Shown: positions 28,610-39,487, counted from the stretch's first letter. The stretch: DNA of 64,000 bases from Bacteroidales bacterium (GCA_041686375.1 JAWLEB010000009.1:12424-76423), one strand, 5' to 3'. Notes: generated by a model not told the origin, from the letters alone. Made by a program: numbers and translations.

Positions 28610-30403
28610 ATGACAAAATATAAAATGCATCTGCTTGTTTGTGCTGGTACAGGTTGTCGTGCCTCAGCAAGCGACTCAATAACAGAAGCTTTAAAACAAA
28701 CACTTGAAGATAAAGGCCTTCAGGATGAAGTTCAGGTGGTAATGACCGGGTGTTTTGGTTTTTGTGAAAAAGGTCCCATCGTAAAAGTATTACCTGACAA
28801 TACGTTTTATACTGAAGTAAAACCTGATGATACAAGGGAGATAATAGATGAGCATATCGTTAAAGGTCGCCCTGTAGAGCGCTTGTTATATAAGGATCCT
28901 GATAAACACGAGACTATTCAGGATTCTAAAAAAATGGATTTCTATAAAAAGCAAATAAGGATTGCTCTGCGAAATTGTGGTTTCATCGATCCTGAAAATA
29001 TTGATGAATATATTGCGAGAGATGGATATTTTGCCCTGGGTACGTGTTTGCATGAAAAGAGCAAAGAAGAAGTTATTAATGAGATTAAAGAGTCTGGATT
29101 AAGAGGTAGAGGAGGTGGAGGATTTCCGGCAGGCTTAAAATGGGAATTTGCTTCCAAAAACAAATCGGAACAGAAATACGTGGTTTGTAATGCTGATGAG
29201 GGTGATCCGGGTGCTTTTATGGACAGGTCTATTCTTGAGGGAGATCCTCATGCTGTATTGGAGGCAATGGCAATTTGCGGTTATGCCACAGGTGCGGATA
29301 AAGGCCTGATATATATACGTGCAGAATATCCGCTTGCTATAAAACGTCTGAAAATAGCTATTAAGCAGGCTCGTGAATATGGTATGCTGGGAAAAAATAT
29401 TTTTGACAGCGATTTCAGTTTCGATATACAACTTCGCTATGGAGCCGGTGCGTTTGTGTGTGGTGAAGAGACTGCCCTGATTCACTCCATGGAAGGAGAA
29501 AGAGGAGAACCCACTTTTAAACCTCCGTTCCCGGCAGAATCCGGTTATCTGGGTAAGCCAACGAATGTTAATAATGTTGAAACATATGCTAATGTACCTG
29601 TTATAATCAATAAAGGTGCCGTATGGTTTACCAAAATTGGAACAGAAAAGTCAAAAGGCACCAAGGTATTTGCCCTTGCAGGTAAAGTGAATAATGTTGG
29701 ATTGATAGAGGTACCTATGGGAACCACACTCCGTGAAGTTATCTTTGAGATTGGCGGAGGCATTAAAGATGGGAAAAAGTTTAAGGCTGTTCAAACCGGT
29801 GGCCCATCGGGAGGCTGCCTGACTGAAGAACACCTGGACACACCTATTGATTTTGATAACTTAGTAGCTGTGGGCTCTATGATGGGCTCCGGCGGTATGA
29901 TTGTTATGGATGAAGATGACTGCATGGTTTCTGTGGCTAAATTCTTTCTTGAATTTACTGTTGAAGAATCCTGCGGAAAATGTTCGCCATGCAGAATAGG
30001 CAATAAACGTTTACATGAGCTATTGGGCCGGATTACTGAGGGAAAAGCCACAATGAAGGACCTGCAAAGGCTGAAAAATATGTCTAATGTTATCAAAGAT
30101 ACTTCTCTCTGCGGATTGGGACAGACATCCCCAAATCCGGTTTTATCTACCCTGGAGAATTTCTGGGATGAATATGTTGCTCACGTGGAGGACCAAACAT
30201 GTCCGGCAGGCTCTTGTAAGGATCTGATGAAATATGAAATTATACCAGAAAATTGTGTCGGTTGTACTGCATGTGCACGGGCTTGTCCTGTGGGCGCAAT
30301 TACAGGCGAAAGAAAGCAAGTTCATGAAATCAACCAGGAAACTTGTATTAAATGTGGTGCCTGCTATGATGCTTGTAAATTTGATGCTGTAACCATAAAA
30401 TAA
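28610..30403 (+). CDS. hydB: [FeFe]-hydrogenase beta subunit, NuoF-like flavoprotein (locus 1)
   Basis: N-terminal Trx-like Fd with 4 Cys (VCAGTGC...TGCFGFC), GRGGGGFPAG, CNADEGDPGAF, ESCGKCSPCR...LCGLGQ, and two C-terminal CX2CX2CX3C motifs. Confidence 0.85.
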   Translation: MTKYKMHLLVCAGTGCRASASDSITEALKQTLEDKGLQDEVQVVMTGCFGFCEKGPIVKVLPDNTFYTEVKPDDTREIIDEHIVKGRPVERLLYKDPDKHETIQDSKKMDFYKKQIRIALRNCGFIDPENIDEYIARDGYFALGTCLHEKSKEEVINEIKESGLRGRGGGGFPAGLKWEFASKNKSEQKYVVCNADEGDPGAFMDRSILEGDPHAVLEAMAICGYATGADKGLIYIRAEYPLAIKRLKIAIKQAREYGMLGKNIFDSDFSFDIQLRYGAGAFVCGEETALIHSMEGERGEPTFKPPFPAESGYLGKPTNVNNVETYANVPVIINKGAVWFTKIGTEKSKGTKVFALAGKVNNVGLIEVPMGTTLREVIFEIGGGIKDGKKFKAVQTGGPSGGCLTEEHLDTPIDFDNLVAVGSMMGSGGMIVMDEDDCMVSVAKFFLEFTVEESCGKCSPCRIGNKRLHELLGRITEGKATMKDLQRLKNMSNVIKDTSLCGLGQTSPNPVLSTLENFWDEYVAHVEDQTCPAGSCKDLMKYEIIPENCVGCTACARACPVGAITGERKQVHEINQETCIKCGACYDACKFDAVTIK

Positions 30404-30412
30404 TTATAGAAG

Positions 30413-32188
30413 ATGGAAAAAGTTAAATTAACAATAGATAATAAAGAAGTTGAAGTTCCTAAGGGAACATCGATATACAAAGCCGCAAAACAGATAGGCA
30501 TTGAGATTCCAGTGCTTTGTTATATGAATCTTGAGGATATTGGTGTTGAGAATAAACCAGGCGGTTGTCGTGTATGTGTGGTGGAAGTGGAAGGAAGACA
30601 CAATCTGGCTCCTTCTTGTGCAACTGAAGTGACTGAAGGAATGGTTGTTAAAACACACACAATGCGTGTGATCAATGCAAGAAGGACAGTTGTTGAATTC
30701 ATCCTCTCCGATCATCCTAAAGATTGTCTTACATGCAAAAAATCTGGTGATTGCGACTTGCAGGATCTTGCTATTAAACTGGGTATTCGTGATATTCCGG
30801 GACATGAGTATGCCGAAATGTCTACTTATAAAACAGATTATTCACCTTCTATTGTAAGAGAACTTGATAAATGTATCATGTGCAGAAGGTGTGAAGTAAT
30901 GTGTAATGAATTCCAGACTGTTGGTGCACTAAACGCATTTAAAAGAGGGTTTGAAGCTGCAGTGGCTCCGGCTTTTGAAATGGATCTACAATATTCTCCT
31001 TGTACATATTGTGGTCAGTGTGTTATGGTTTGCCCAACAGGAGCACTTACGGAGGTTGATCATTCAAGAGATCTTATTGACGCTGTTTCTGATCCTTCAA
31101 AGACAGTTGTTGTTCAGACTGCACCTGCAGTCAGAGCAGCCCTTGGCGAAGAGTTTGAAAATGAGCCGGGGACATTGGTTACTGGTAAGATGGTCTCTGC
31201 ACTGAGAAGATTGGGCTTTGATTATGTTTTTGATACTGATTTTGCGGCAGATCTGACTATCATGGAAGAAGGCGCTGAATTGCTTGACAGACTCACAAAA
31301 CACCTGAATGGCGATGAGAACGTTCAATTGCCCTTGCTTACATCATGTTGTCCTGCATGGGTAAGGTTTATAGAGCATAATTTTCCCGAAATGAAAGATG
31401 TTCCTTCTTCTGCAAGATCCCCTCAGCAAATGTTTGGGGCAATTGCTAAGACATATTTCGCTGATAAAATTGGTAAAAAAAGAGATGAGGTAGTTGTTGT
31501 TTCTGTGATGCCTTGTCTCGCCAAAAAGTTTGAATCGCAAAGAGATGAATTTAAGGCTGACGATAATCCTGACGTGGACTTTTCAATTTCTACAAGGGAA
31601 CTGGCCCATTTGATAAAAGAAGCAAACTTTGATCTTAATGACTTGCCGGATGAGGATTTTGACCGTCCAATGGGTGAGTCCACAGGAGCCGGAGTGATTT
31701 TTGGTACTACCGGCGGCGTTATTGAGGCGGCTACCAGAACAGCTTATGAGCTTTACACAGGAAAAGAGGCTGATAGGATTGATTTTGAAGAACTAAGAGG
31801 ATTTGATGGGATACGGAAAGCTACCGTGAATTTTGAAGGTCAGGATATTAATATTGGTATTGCACATGGACTGGGGAATGCCAGACAATTGCTTGAAGAG
31901 ATACAAGCCGGAAAATCAAAGTTTCATGCTATTGAAATTATGGCATGTCCCGGGGGATGCATCGGTGGTGGTGGTCAGCCATTGCACCATAATGATACCA
32001 GTATACTCAAAGCTCGGCAAAAGGCTATTTACGAAGAAGACAAAAATAAGCCGATGAGAAGATCTCATGAAAATCCTGAGGTTAAAAGACTTTATGAAGA
32101 ATTCCTTGGTGAGCCAATGAGTGAAAAAGCACATAAATTGTTACATACTAAATATTTTGATCTGAGCAGACAGATTGAAATCAGTTAA
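30413..32188 (+). CDS. hydA: [FeFe]-hydrogenase catalytic subunit, M3 architecture (locus 1)
   Basis: N-terminal 2Fe-2S, His-ligated and two 4Fe-4S motifs. Canonical H-cluster motifs TSCCPAW, MPCLAKKFE and EIMACPGGCIGGGGQP. Confidence 0.9.
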   Translation: MEKVKLTIDNKEVEVPKGTSIYKAAKQIGIEIPVLCYMNLEDIGVENKPGGCRVCVVEVEGRHNLAPSCATEVTEGMVVKTHTMRVINARRTVVEFILSDHPKDCLTCKKSGDCDLQDLAIKLGIRDIPGHEYAEMSTYKTDYSPSIVRELDKCIMCRRCEVMCNEFQTVGALNAFKRGFEAAVAPAFEMDLQYSPCTYCGQCVMVCPTGALTEVDHSRDLIDAVSDPSKTVVVQTAPAVRAALGEEFENEPGTLVTGKMVSALRRLGFDYVFDTDFAADLTIMEEGAELLDRLTKHLNGDENVQLPLLTSCCPAWVRFIEHNFPEMKDVPSSARSPQQMFGAIAKTYFADKIGKKRDEVVVVSVMPCLAKKFESQRDEFKADDNPDVDFSISTRELAHLIKEANFDLNDLPDEDFDRPMGESTGAGVIFGTTGGVIEAATRTAYELYTGKEADRIDFEELRGFDGIRKATVNFEGQDINIGIAHGLGNARQLLEEIQAGKSKFHAIEIMACPGGCIGGGGQPLHHNDTSILKARQKAIYEEDKNKPMRRSHENPEVKRLYEEFLGEPMSEKAHKLLHTKYFDLSRQIEIS

Positions 32189-32218
32189 TTTGAATAAAAA
32201 CATAGGAGGATCAAATCC

Positions 32219-32710
32219 ATGTCCAGAATAAAAGTAAAAATAAAAGAACAGGATCTCAAAAAGATACAGGAGATCTGTGCTGAACATAGCTACCAACCTG
32301 GTGAACTCATCAATATTCTTCAGAGAGCGCAGGAACATTTTGGGTATTTACCTGCTGAAATTCAGGAAGTTGTTGCTAATGAGCTGAAAATTTCTGTAGC
32401 GAAAGTATATGGTGTCGTGACTTTTTATTCATTCTTCACAATGATACCCCAGGGAAGGTATCCGATATCAATATGCACTGGCACAGCTTGTTATGTAAGA
32501 GGTGCGGATAATGTTTTACAGGAATTTAAACGAAAGCTCAATATTGAAGTCGGACAAAGTACAGAGGATGGTAAATTTTCAATTAATTGCTTAAGATGTG
32601 TGGGTGCATGTGGATTAGCCCCCGTAGTACAGGTAGGAGATAAAACATACGGACGCGTTGCCCCGGATGATGTAGAGGGCATTATTGAAGAATATAAAGA
32701 TAAAGAATAG
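32219..32710 (+). CDS. hydC: [FeFe]-hydrogenase gamma subunit, NuoE-like [2Fe-2S] protein (locus 1)
   Basis: 163 aa. CTGTACYV...CLRCVGACGLAP gives the NuoE CX4C...CX3C pattern. Confidence 0.85.
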   Translation: MSRIKVKIKEQDLKKIQEICAEHSYQPGELINILQRAQEHFGYLPAEIQEVVANELKISVAKVYGVVTFYSFFTMIPQGRYPISICTGTACYVRGADNVLQEFKRKLNIEVGQSTEDGKFSINCLRCVGACGLAPVVQVGDKTYGRVAPDDVEGIIEEYKDKE

Positions 32711-32762
32711 TTTTAAATAGGTTAGTTTTAGGGTAGATATTGACAATTAACCATTTAAAAAC

Positions 32763-32798
32763 AAAAGGCATCTGTGATGATCGCAGATGCCTTTTTTA
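32763..32798 (+). terminator. rho-independent terminator of hydrogenase locus 1
   Basis: GGCATCTG (32767-32774) pairs with CAGATGCC (32784-32791), then TTTTTT. Confidence 0.8.
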
Positions 32799-32973
32799 TT
32801 TCAGGATACGCTTTTTTCGGTTAAACTTATATCTGCTGAAAGTATAAAAGGAATATTTTGATATAATTTACCATAATGTCGCTTTAACGAAGTTTTTAAC
32901 TTCCGCCGCAGTCAGAAATTATGACATGATGGCTAACGATTTATAAGCAGATAAACATTAGAAAATTGTATAT

Positions 32974-33501
32974 TTGTTTATATTTTTTTCTAATTTAGTT
33001 TTAAAAATGCATCATAATAAGATAATTACAATCAAGATGAATTCCCATAGGATTTTTATATTATTGATGTTGTCATTTATTCTAATCTCTTTTAAATTAG
33101 CAGATTTAAATGCTCAAACTCCTAAAAACGAAATTATGAATAACACAAAAAAGGGCGGAATTGTATTCTTTTCAACCCTTAAGCTGGAGGAGATATCAAA
33201 ATTCTATATTGAAGAAATAGGTTGTGAACTCTGGCTCGATCAGGGGGCGTGTAGAATATTGAAGCATGGGAATATGTTGCTGGGCTTTTGTCAAGGAGAA
33301 GAGCCTGATAAAGATGGTGTTATTACCTTTTTCTACCCGGAAAAAGAAGCGGTGGATACAATGTATTCAGAACTCCAAAATGTTGCAAAACATCCACCTA
33401 AAATGAACCCTAAATTCCGGATTTATCATTTCTATGCTGAAGATCCGGAAGGTCGTGCTATTGAATTTCAGTTTTTCGATCATCAATTAAACGAATATTA
33501 A
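32974..33501 (+). CDS. VOC/glyoxalase-fold protein with an N-terminal signal-like segment
   Basis: Weak similarity by eye to glyoxalase/bleomycin-resistance-fold proteins (..FYAEDPEGRAIEF). The start is uncertain. Confidence 0.35.
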   Translation: MFIFFSNLVLKMHHNKIITIKMNSHRIFILLMLSFILISFKLADLNAQTPKNEIMNNTKKGGIVFFSTLKLEEISKFYIEEIGCELWLDQGACRILKHGNMLLGFCQGEEPDKDGVITFFYPEKEAVDTMYSELQNVAKHPPKMNPKFRIYHFYAEDPEGRAIEFQFFDHQLNEY

Positions 33502-33602
33502 ACGAAAACTTTTTGTTTAGATCTTATTTTATTACTTTTCAATTTTCTAAAACGAGAAAAAATATTTCTTAAAATTATTGTCAAACCTTAAATTATAAAA
33601 AA

Positions 33603-35690
33603 GTGAAAAAAGTTATTTTATTATTTTTAACAATCGGTTTATTTATGGGATCTTGTACACAATCGGAGAAAGAAAATCCCTTTTTCTCCGAGTTTGAAAC
33701 GCCTTTTGAGGTTCCCCCTTTTGAGGACATCAAAACAGAACATTTTAAGCCGGCTTTGGAAAAAGCCATGGAAGAACAGAATGACGCAATTGAGCGTATT
33801 GTAAATGAAGAAGAAGAGCCAACCTTTGAAAATACCATTGTTCCTTTTGTATATAGTGGGAAACTTCTTAATAAGGTTACTTCCGTATTTTATGGATTAA
33901 ACAGTGCGAATACCAATGAAGAGATACAGGAATTGGCAAAAGAATTTTCTCCTGAGTTATCTGCTCACAGGGATGCTATTTCCATGAATCCTGATTTATT
34001 TAAACGAATAAAGTTTATATATGAGAATCAGGATGATTTTGATCTTAACGAGGAAGAATCTTATTTACTTGAGGATCTTTATAAAGATTTTATCAGAAGC
34101 GGAGCAAATTTGCCGGAAGAGGAGAAGGAACAATTGAAAGAAATCAACAGTAAACTTTCCTCTTTAACCCAGGAATATAGCCAGAACGTTTTAAAAGAAA
34201 CAAATGATTTTGAATTGGTTATTGAAGATGAAGAGAATCTTGCGGGTTTACCGGAATCGGTTTTAGAGACTGCAGAAGAGACTGCTGAAGAGAAAGGCTA
34301 TGAAGACAAGTGGGTTTTCACTACTCAGAAGCCAAGCATGATTCCTTTTCTACAAAATGCAGAAAATCGTGAATTGCGAGAAGAGTTATATAAAGCTTAC
34401 CTTACTCGTGGTAATAATGATAATGAATTTGATAACAAGGAAATACTTTCTGATGTTATCAAACTTCGTGTTAAGAAAGTGCAGTTATTAGGATATGATA
34501 CTTATGCAGACTATGCCCTTGAGACTCGAATGGCTAAAGAACCCGCAAATGTTATGGAATTGCTTAATAATTTATGGGATGCATCCCTTCCTGTTGCGAA
34601 AGAAGAGCGGGATGCTATGCAGAAGATGATAGATGAAGAAGGCAAAGATTTTGAACTTAAGAGCTGGGATTGGTGGTATTATGCGGAAAAAGTAAGAAAA
34701 CAAAAATATGACCTTGATGATAGTGAGCTTAGGCCTTATTTTGAACTGGATAATGTAAGGGAAGGTGCTTTTAATACTGCAACAAAATTGTATGGCATTA
34801 CCTTCGAAGAGGTGAAAGATATACCTAAGCCTCACCCTGATGCACGTGCATGGGAAGTGAAAGAAGAAGATGGTTCACATCTGGGGCTCTTATATATGGA
34901 TTTCCATCCAAGGGAAAGTAAACGAGGTGGTGCATGGTGTGGTCGTTACCGCAGCAAATATATGAATCAGGAAGGAGAACAGGTTTCACCTCATGTTACG
35001 GTTGTCGGTAATTTTTCTAAACCCAGTGGTGATAAACCAGCATTGCTGAGCCTGGATGAAGCGGAAACTTTATTCCACGAATTTGGTCATGCCCTGGATG
35101 GGCTTTTTAATACGAATGAATATCCCAGAACCTCAATACCAAGGGATTTTGTTGAGTTGCCATCTCAAATAATGGAACATTGGATGTTACAAACTCCTGT
35201 TCTTGAAGATTACGCACGACATTATGAAACTGATGAGGTTATACCGGATGAGTTGGTTGAAAAGATTGAAAAAAGTCAGTATTTTAATCAAGGTTTTGAG
35301 ACTGTAGAATATCTTGCTGCTTCAATGCTTGATATGGAATATCATACCTTAGATGAACCCAAAGACATTGATGTTATGGAATTTGAAGAAGACTACCTGG
35401 AATCTATTGGTTTGATTCCTGAAATTGAACCAAGATACCATAGTACTTATTTTACACATATTACTGGTGGCTATGCTGCCGGGTATTACAGTTATATATG
35501 GTCGGGTGTATTAGATAATGATGCATTTGAAGCATTTGAGGAAAATGGTATATTTGACCAGGAAACCGCAGCCAAATTCCGTACTTTGCTTGAAAAAGAT
35601 GGTTACAGCGATCCTATGGAGCTTTATAAACAATTTAGAGGCCGTGAACCTAAAGAAGATGCGTTGTTGAGAAACCGCGGATTGAAATAG
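33603..35690 (+). CDS. dcp: M3 family peptidyl-dipeptidase (lipoprotein)
   Basis: 695 aa, lipobox (FMGSC), HEFGHAL zinc motif and M3 C-terminal motifs. Confidence 0.8.
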   Translation: MKKVILLFLTIGLFMGSCTQSEKENPFFSEFETPFEVPPFEDIKTEHFKPALEKAMEEQNDAIERIVNEEEEPTFENTIVPFVYSGKLLNKVTSVFYGLNSANTNEEIQELAKEFSPELSAHRDAISMNPDLFKRIKFIYENQDDFDLNEEESYLLEDLYKDFIRSGANLPEEEKEQLKEINSKLSSLTQEYSQNVLKETNDFELVIEDEENLAGLPESVLETAEETAEEKGYEDKWVFTTQKPSMIPFLQNAENRELREELYKAYLTRGNNDNEFDNKEILSDVIKLRVKKVQLLGYDTYADYALETRMAKEPANVMELLNNLWDASLPVAKEERDAMQKMIDEEGKDFELKSWDWWYYAEKVRKQKYDLDDSELRPYFELDNVREGAFNTATKLYGITFEEVKDIPKPHPDARAWEVKEEDGSHLGLLYMDFHPRESKRGGAWCGRYRSKYMNQEGEQVSPHVTVVGNFSKPSGDKPALLSLDEAETLFHEFGHALDGLFNTNEYPRTSIPRDFVELPSQIMEHWMLQTPVLEDYARHYETDEVIPDELVEKIEKSQYFNQGFETVEYLAASMLDMEYHTLDEPKDIDVMEFEEDYLESIGLIPEIEPRYHSTYFTHITGGYAAGYYSYIWSGVLDNDAFEAFEENGIFDQETAAKFRTLLEKDGYSDPMELYKQFRGREPKEDALLRNRGLK

Positions 35691-35714
35691 AATTATAGAA
35701 CCTACATATATCTG

Positions 35715-35748
35715 AAAAAACGCCTCCATTTGCCGGGGGCGTTTTTTG
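35715..35748 (+). terminator. rho-independent terminator after dcp
   Basis: AACGCCTCC (35719-35727) pairs with GGGGGCGTT (35735-35743), then TTTT. Confidence 0.75.
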
Positions 35749-35906
35749 GTATTTTTTATCCCCAATTTCTGTTTTGTGTATTGAAGTGCTTAACTTATCA
35801 ATCAGCCAGAATGTTAATTCATATAAATCAGTGAATTGCCTTGATACATGGATTTTTATCTATGATAATAAATGAGGGTTTCATTATTATCACCTCATCA
35901 ACGTAA

Positions 35907-37322
35907 TTAATTTATGTTGGGAGAATTTGTTGCAGTTGTATGGAGGGCCTGAAAGTAAATTTTACCTTTCTTTCCTTCAAAGTTATATTCTTTTACTTTT
36001 TCTGTTGCCGTGGGACCGGAGATTTTCATTTTGATTGTATTCTCATCCTTTTCTAAAGATATTCTGGTATATGAGATTGAATATGGCAATGTTTGCCAAT
36101 GCCTGGTGTCGGCCTTTTCTGTGAGTGTATTGGCAATATTTACGAGGGTTCCGAGGGTCTCGTCTTCTTTGTCTGCAAGAGCTTCCATCGCTTTTTTTGT
36201 AGCAATTCTCAAAATTGCATTACCTATCTCACGTAGAATTCTGTCATTAAGGGTTTTAAATGCTATTTTATTGATGTCTTGTGCTAGCTCCAGTTTATGT
36301 CTTTTCTTGTTTGTTTGAATTGTTGCATCCTTATATACTGGTTTTCGCTCTATATATTTTGGCAATCCTACTTTAAAGTACCGCAATTGTTCGAAAGCCT
36401 CCTTTTCGTTTTTACTTTTATCTCCTATGTATATGGGAAAAGATACATCCAGTTCATCATTTTTCATAGTGACATATTCATCCCTTGAGCTGGGATGTTT
36501 TGTAAAACGAAGAATCCACTCATCTTTCACAGGCCCGAAGCCATTCATCCAGAAAAAAATTACTTCCCCATTTGGCTTAGGGACGTAGTTATAATCAATT
36601 CCGAATTTTTTTTCATAATGACGTACCTCATCGGCGAAGCCTGTTAGGTAGGCTGTTCTGAGAACATCATATTTCAGTTGTTCGGGTACTTGCATCCCGA
36701 AATATTCCTTGTAATCTTCTTCGTATGCTTCTAAAGCGTTACGGTATGCGATGAACGCGTTATTATAATCTTTATCAGCTTCATAAATCATACCCATGAG
36801 ATTATGGGCAAACGCATCTCGCTGATATCTGTTTTTATGGTCTTTATATTTATCATTAAGCTGCTGAAGACGTATATTTACTCTTCTGCATTCCACAAGA
36901 GCATTATCATATTCATTAAGTTTAATGTAATTGAGGCTCGTAAAATAATGCAGCATTACTGTTTCAAAATCTTCAGGTTTATAAGGCTTAACTTTGGGGT
37001 TGGTGACCAGCGAAAGAGCTTCCAGTCCGTAGTTTTTTATGTAGTCTTCTATAATATAGTCGGCTTTTTGGAATTTTTCATTACTTTCCCTGTAATTCCC
37101 AAGCATCCATGATACATAGCCGTAATTGAGGTAATGCAAAAGTTTATCCTTTCCGTTGCGTCCCCGCCTATCATTTTCGAGCCATTTGTGTGCTTTTTCG
37201 AAGTTTCCTCGTGTTACAAATTTTTGAAACTCCAGGGTTTGTTTATAATATGTAGCACATCCCGCAAGAATAAATGAAATTAAGATAATAAGAGCAGTAT
37301 TCTTCCTTTTTTTCAGACTCAT
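35907..37322 (-). CDS. TPR-containing lipoprotein of unknown function (partner of the LpoB-like lipoprotein)
   Basis: Lipobox (ILAGC), TPR-like helices, and an operon with 37367..37990. Confidence 0.45.
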   Translation of the reverse strand: MSLKKRKNTALIILISFILAGCATYYKQTLEFQKFVTRGNFEKAHKWLENDRRGRNGKDKLLHYLNYGYVSWMLGNYRESNEKFQKADYIIEDYIKNYGLEALSLVTNPKVKPYKPEDFETVMLHYFTSLNYIKLNEYDNALVECRRVNIRLQQLNDKYKDHKNRYQRDAFAHNLMGMIYEADKDYNNAFIAYRNALEAYEEDYKEYFGMQVPEQLKYDVLRTAYLTGFADEVRHYEKKFGIDYNYVPKPNGEVIFFWMNGFGPVKDEWILRFTKHPSSRDEYVTMKNDELDVSFPIYIGDKSKNEKEAFEQLRYFKVGLPKYIERKPVYKDATIQTNKKRHKLELAQDINKIAFKTLNDRILREIGNAILRIATKKAMEALADKEDETLGTLVNIANTLTEKADTRHWQTLPYSISYTRISLEKDENTIKMKISGPTATEKVKEYNFEGKKGKIYFQALHTTATNSPNIN

Positions 37323-37366
37323 GGATGCGATAAATACAAATTAATGAGTTTGTTTACGCCTTTTGT

Positions 37367-37990
37367 CTAATTTTCAATGTATTTTCTGATTTTTTTATCT
37401 CCGATCCAGACAATTTCATTTGTTTGTAAATGAGATAGCTCCAGGTTTATCTGGTAATACACTACTTTTTCATTTCTATATGTGTCAACTATAGAATTTA
37501 TACTGCCATGCACCATATAATCAGCTCCCAGTTCCAGACCCCAACTTTTTGCAGTTTCAGAGGAGGCAAAATCTTGCTGGTCTCCTCTTTCCCTTCTCAG
37601 ATCATCTCTTTTACTTCCGGCTTGTACGAGCCTGACAGAACCATCATTAATAATGGCTTTTTCAATATCTTTAATAAATGTTTCAGAGTTGATGTGTTCG
37701 TGGCTTTTGTTTCTTACTAAACCCACAATGATTACGGGCCTTTCACCATCATTTTGGTCTTCATATTCTTCAAGCCAGCGGTGATTTAAAATCTGATTCA
37801 CCAGTTCTCTTGATACCATCCGGGAATCACTGTCATTCCAGCGCCCTGAAAGGTCCCTGGTTTCTTCTGTGTCTATTCTTTGTACTTTACGTTTTGGGCT
37901 GCATCCCGACCATATTATTAATCCCAAAGCAAATAAAAGGGTTAGGGTTAAAACTTTTTTCATGGGTCCCGTTTTAAATAAATAAATCAT
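37367..37990 (-). CDS. LpoB-like (COG3417-type) lipoprotein
   Basis: Lipobox (IWSGC). About 190 aa mature, with a pattern resembling the penicillin-binding-protein activator LpoB family. The likely start is MKKVLTL at about 37963. Confidence 0.45.
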   Translation of the reverse strand: MIYLFKTGPMKKVLTLTLLFALGLIIWSGCSPKRKVQRIDTEETRDLSGRWNDSDSRMVSRELVNQILNHRWLEEYEDQNDGERPVIIVGLVRNKSHEHINSETFIKDIEKAIINDGSVRLVQAGSKRDDLRRERGDQQDFASSETAKSWGLELGADYMVHGSINSIVDTYRNEKVVYYQINLELSHLQTNEIVWIGDKKIRKYIEN

Positions 37991-38871
37991 TATATATTAC
38001 CAATAAGTTTTTTTAAATCTTTTTCCAGCTCTTTGCTCACAGGTACTAAAGGTAATCGTAAATTATTACCAATAATTTTCTTTAAACTCAATGCACATTT
38101 TATGCCAGAAGGGTTTCCTTCAGCAAATAGTTTTTCAATAATTGCAAGTAATTTATAATGTATTTCTTTTGCTGATTGTATGTCGTTTTTTAGTGCATAG
38201 TTAACCATAGTAGAGAATTCTTTCGGAAATGCATTAGCAGCTACTGAAATTACTCCACTTACACCTATTGAAAGCAGGGGTAGTGTAATCCCGTCTTCAC
38301 CCGAGACAACCTGAAAATCATCAGGTTTATCCTGAATAATGTGCATAACTTGCGTGAAATCTCCAGAGGCTTCTTTTACTGCTACTATATTTTCAAAATC
38401 ACGAGCAAGCTTGACAATTGTTTCTGCGGAAATATTAACACCTGTGCGTCCGGGAACATTGTAAAGAATTACAGGAACGGGGCTTGCCTTTGATACTGCT
38501 TTGAAATGCTCATACAACCCTTTCTGTGATGGTTTGTTATAGTAAGGCGCCACAGATAATATGGCATCTACCTTGCTCAAATCTGTTTTTTCTGTTTTTT
38601 TAACTACAGCCTGTGTGTCATTGCCCCCAAGGCCTAAAACGATGGGGATCGGACCTTTATTTGTTTCAATAAAAGTGTTCAGAACTTCCTTTTTTTCATC
38701 CTCATTTAGTGTCACTGATTCGCCTGTTGTCCCCATTACAACAAAATAATCGATGCCATTTTGAAGGAGGTAGGAAATGTGTTGCTTAAGTGAAGCAAAG
38801 TCAACCGCTTTGTTTTTTGTGAACGGTGTAGTTACCGCAACACCTGTACCAATGAATTGTTGTGATTTCAT
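37990..38871 (-). CDS. dapA: 4-hydroxy-tetrahydrodipicolinate synthase
   Basis: 293 aa. GTTGES and the Schiff-base lysine context (VAVKEASGD). Confidence 0.9.
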   Translation of the reverse strand: MKSQQFIGTGVAVTTPFTKNKAVDFASLKQHISYLLQNGIDYFVVMGTTGESVTLNEDEKKEVLNTFIETNKGPIPIVLGLGGNDTQAVVKKTEKTDLSKVDAILSVAPYYNKPSQKGLYEHFKAVSKASPVPVILYNVPGRTGVNISAETIVKLARDFENIVAVKEASGDFTQVMHIIQDKPDDFQVVSGEDGITLPLLSIGVSGVISVAANAFPKEFSTMVNYALKNDIQSAKEIHYKLLAIIEKLFAEGNPSGIKCALSLKKIIGNNLRLPLVPVSKELEKDLKKLIGNI

Positions 38872-39428
38872 ATGATTATTGTTTTTTCTAAATTGATTCG
38901 ATTTAAGTAATGTTTTATTTGTTCTATAAAGAAACGTAACCCCTGATGTCTTTTCAGGGATATCATCAGATCATAGTCTTTTCCTTCATTATTTTCTTTA
39001 CCAGCCTTAAACCGCGCCCTGGATAAATTATTGATCACTTTAACAGGAAAATAACTTTGCATACTAATATCAATGAGTAAATCAAATTCTTTTTCTATAA
39101 AACTATGGATAATATGATTCTTAGGTTTATAGAAAAAATTAAAATCTTTTTTAAGGATGAAGTTAATCTTTTGGTACTTTTTTAATTCTTCCGGTATTTG
39201 ATTACTGTGAATATAACCCAGGACAAATATTTTGATATTTTTTTCATTTAAATAACGTAAAAATTCATTGATGATCTCAAAATTGCTGTTCTCAGCGTGT
39301 GTAAATAATACACCTGCTGTGTTTGCTTTCTCCAGGTTACATACAATTTTTTTACGTTTTAATGATTTTAGCTTCCTCTTTAGAAACCAATTGCCGATTT
39401 TTTCTCTTATGTTTTTTATAATATTCAC
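38868..39428 (-). CDS. hypothetical protein
   Basis: 186-aa ORF overlapping dapA by 4 nt. I recognised no motif. Confidence 0.4.
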   Translation of the reverse strand: MNIIKNIREKIGNWFLKRKLKSLKRKKIVCNLEKANTAGVLFTHAENSNFEIINEFLRYLNEKNIKIFVLGYIHSNQIPEELKKYQKINFILKKDFNFFYKPKNHIIHSFIEKEFDLLIDISMQSYFPVKVINNLSRARFKAGKENNEGKDYDLMISLKRHQGLRFFIEQIKHYLNRINLEKTIII

Positions 39429-39487
39429 GATACAAGTTTATAAAATTTAACAATTAAGTGCAATTTTTTTGTCCTTCATAATTCCTT

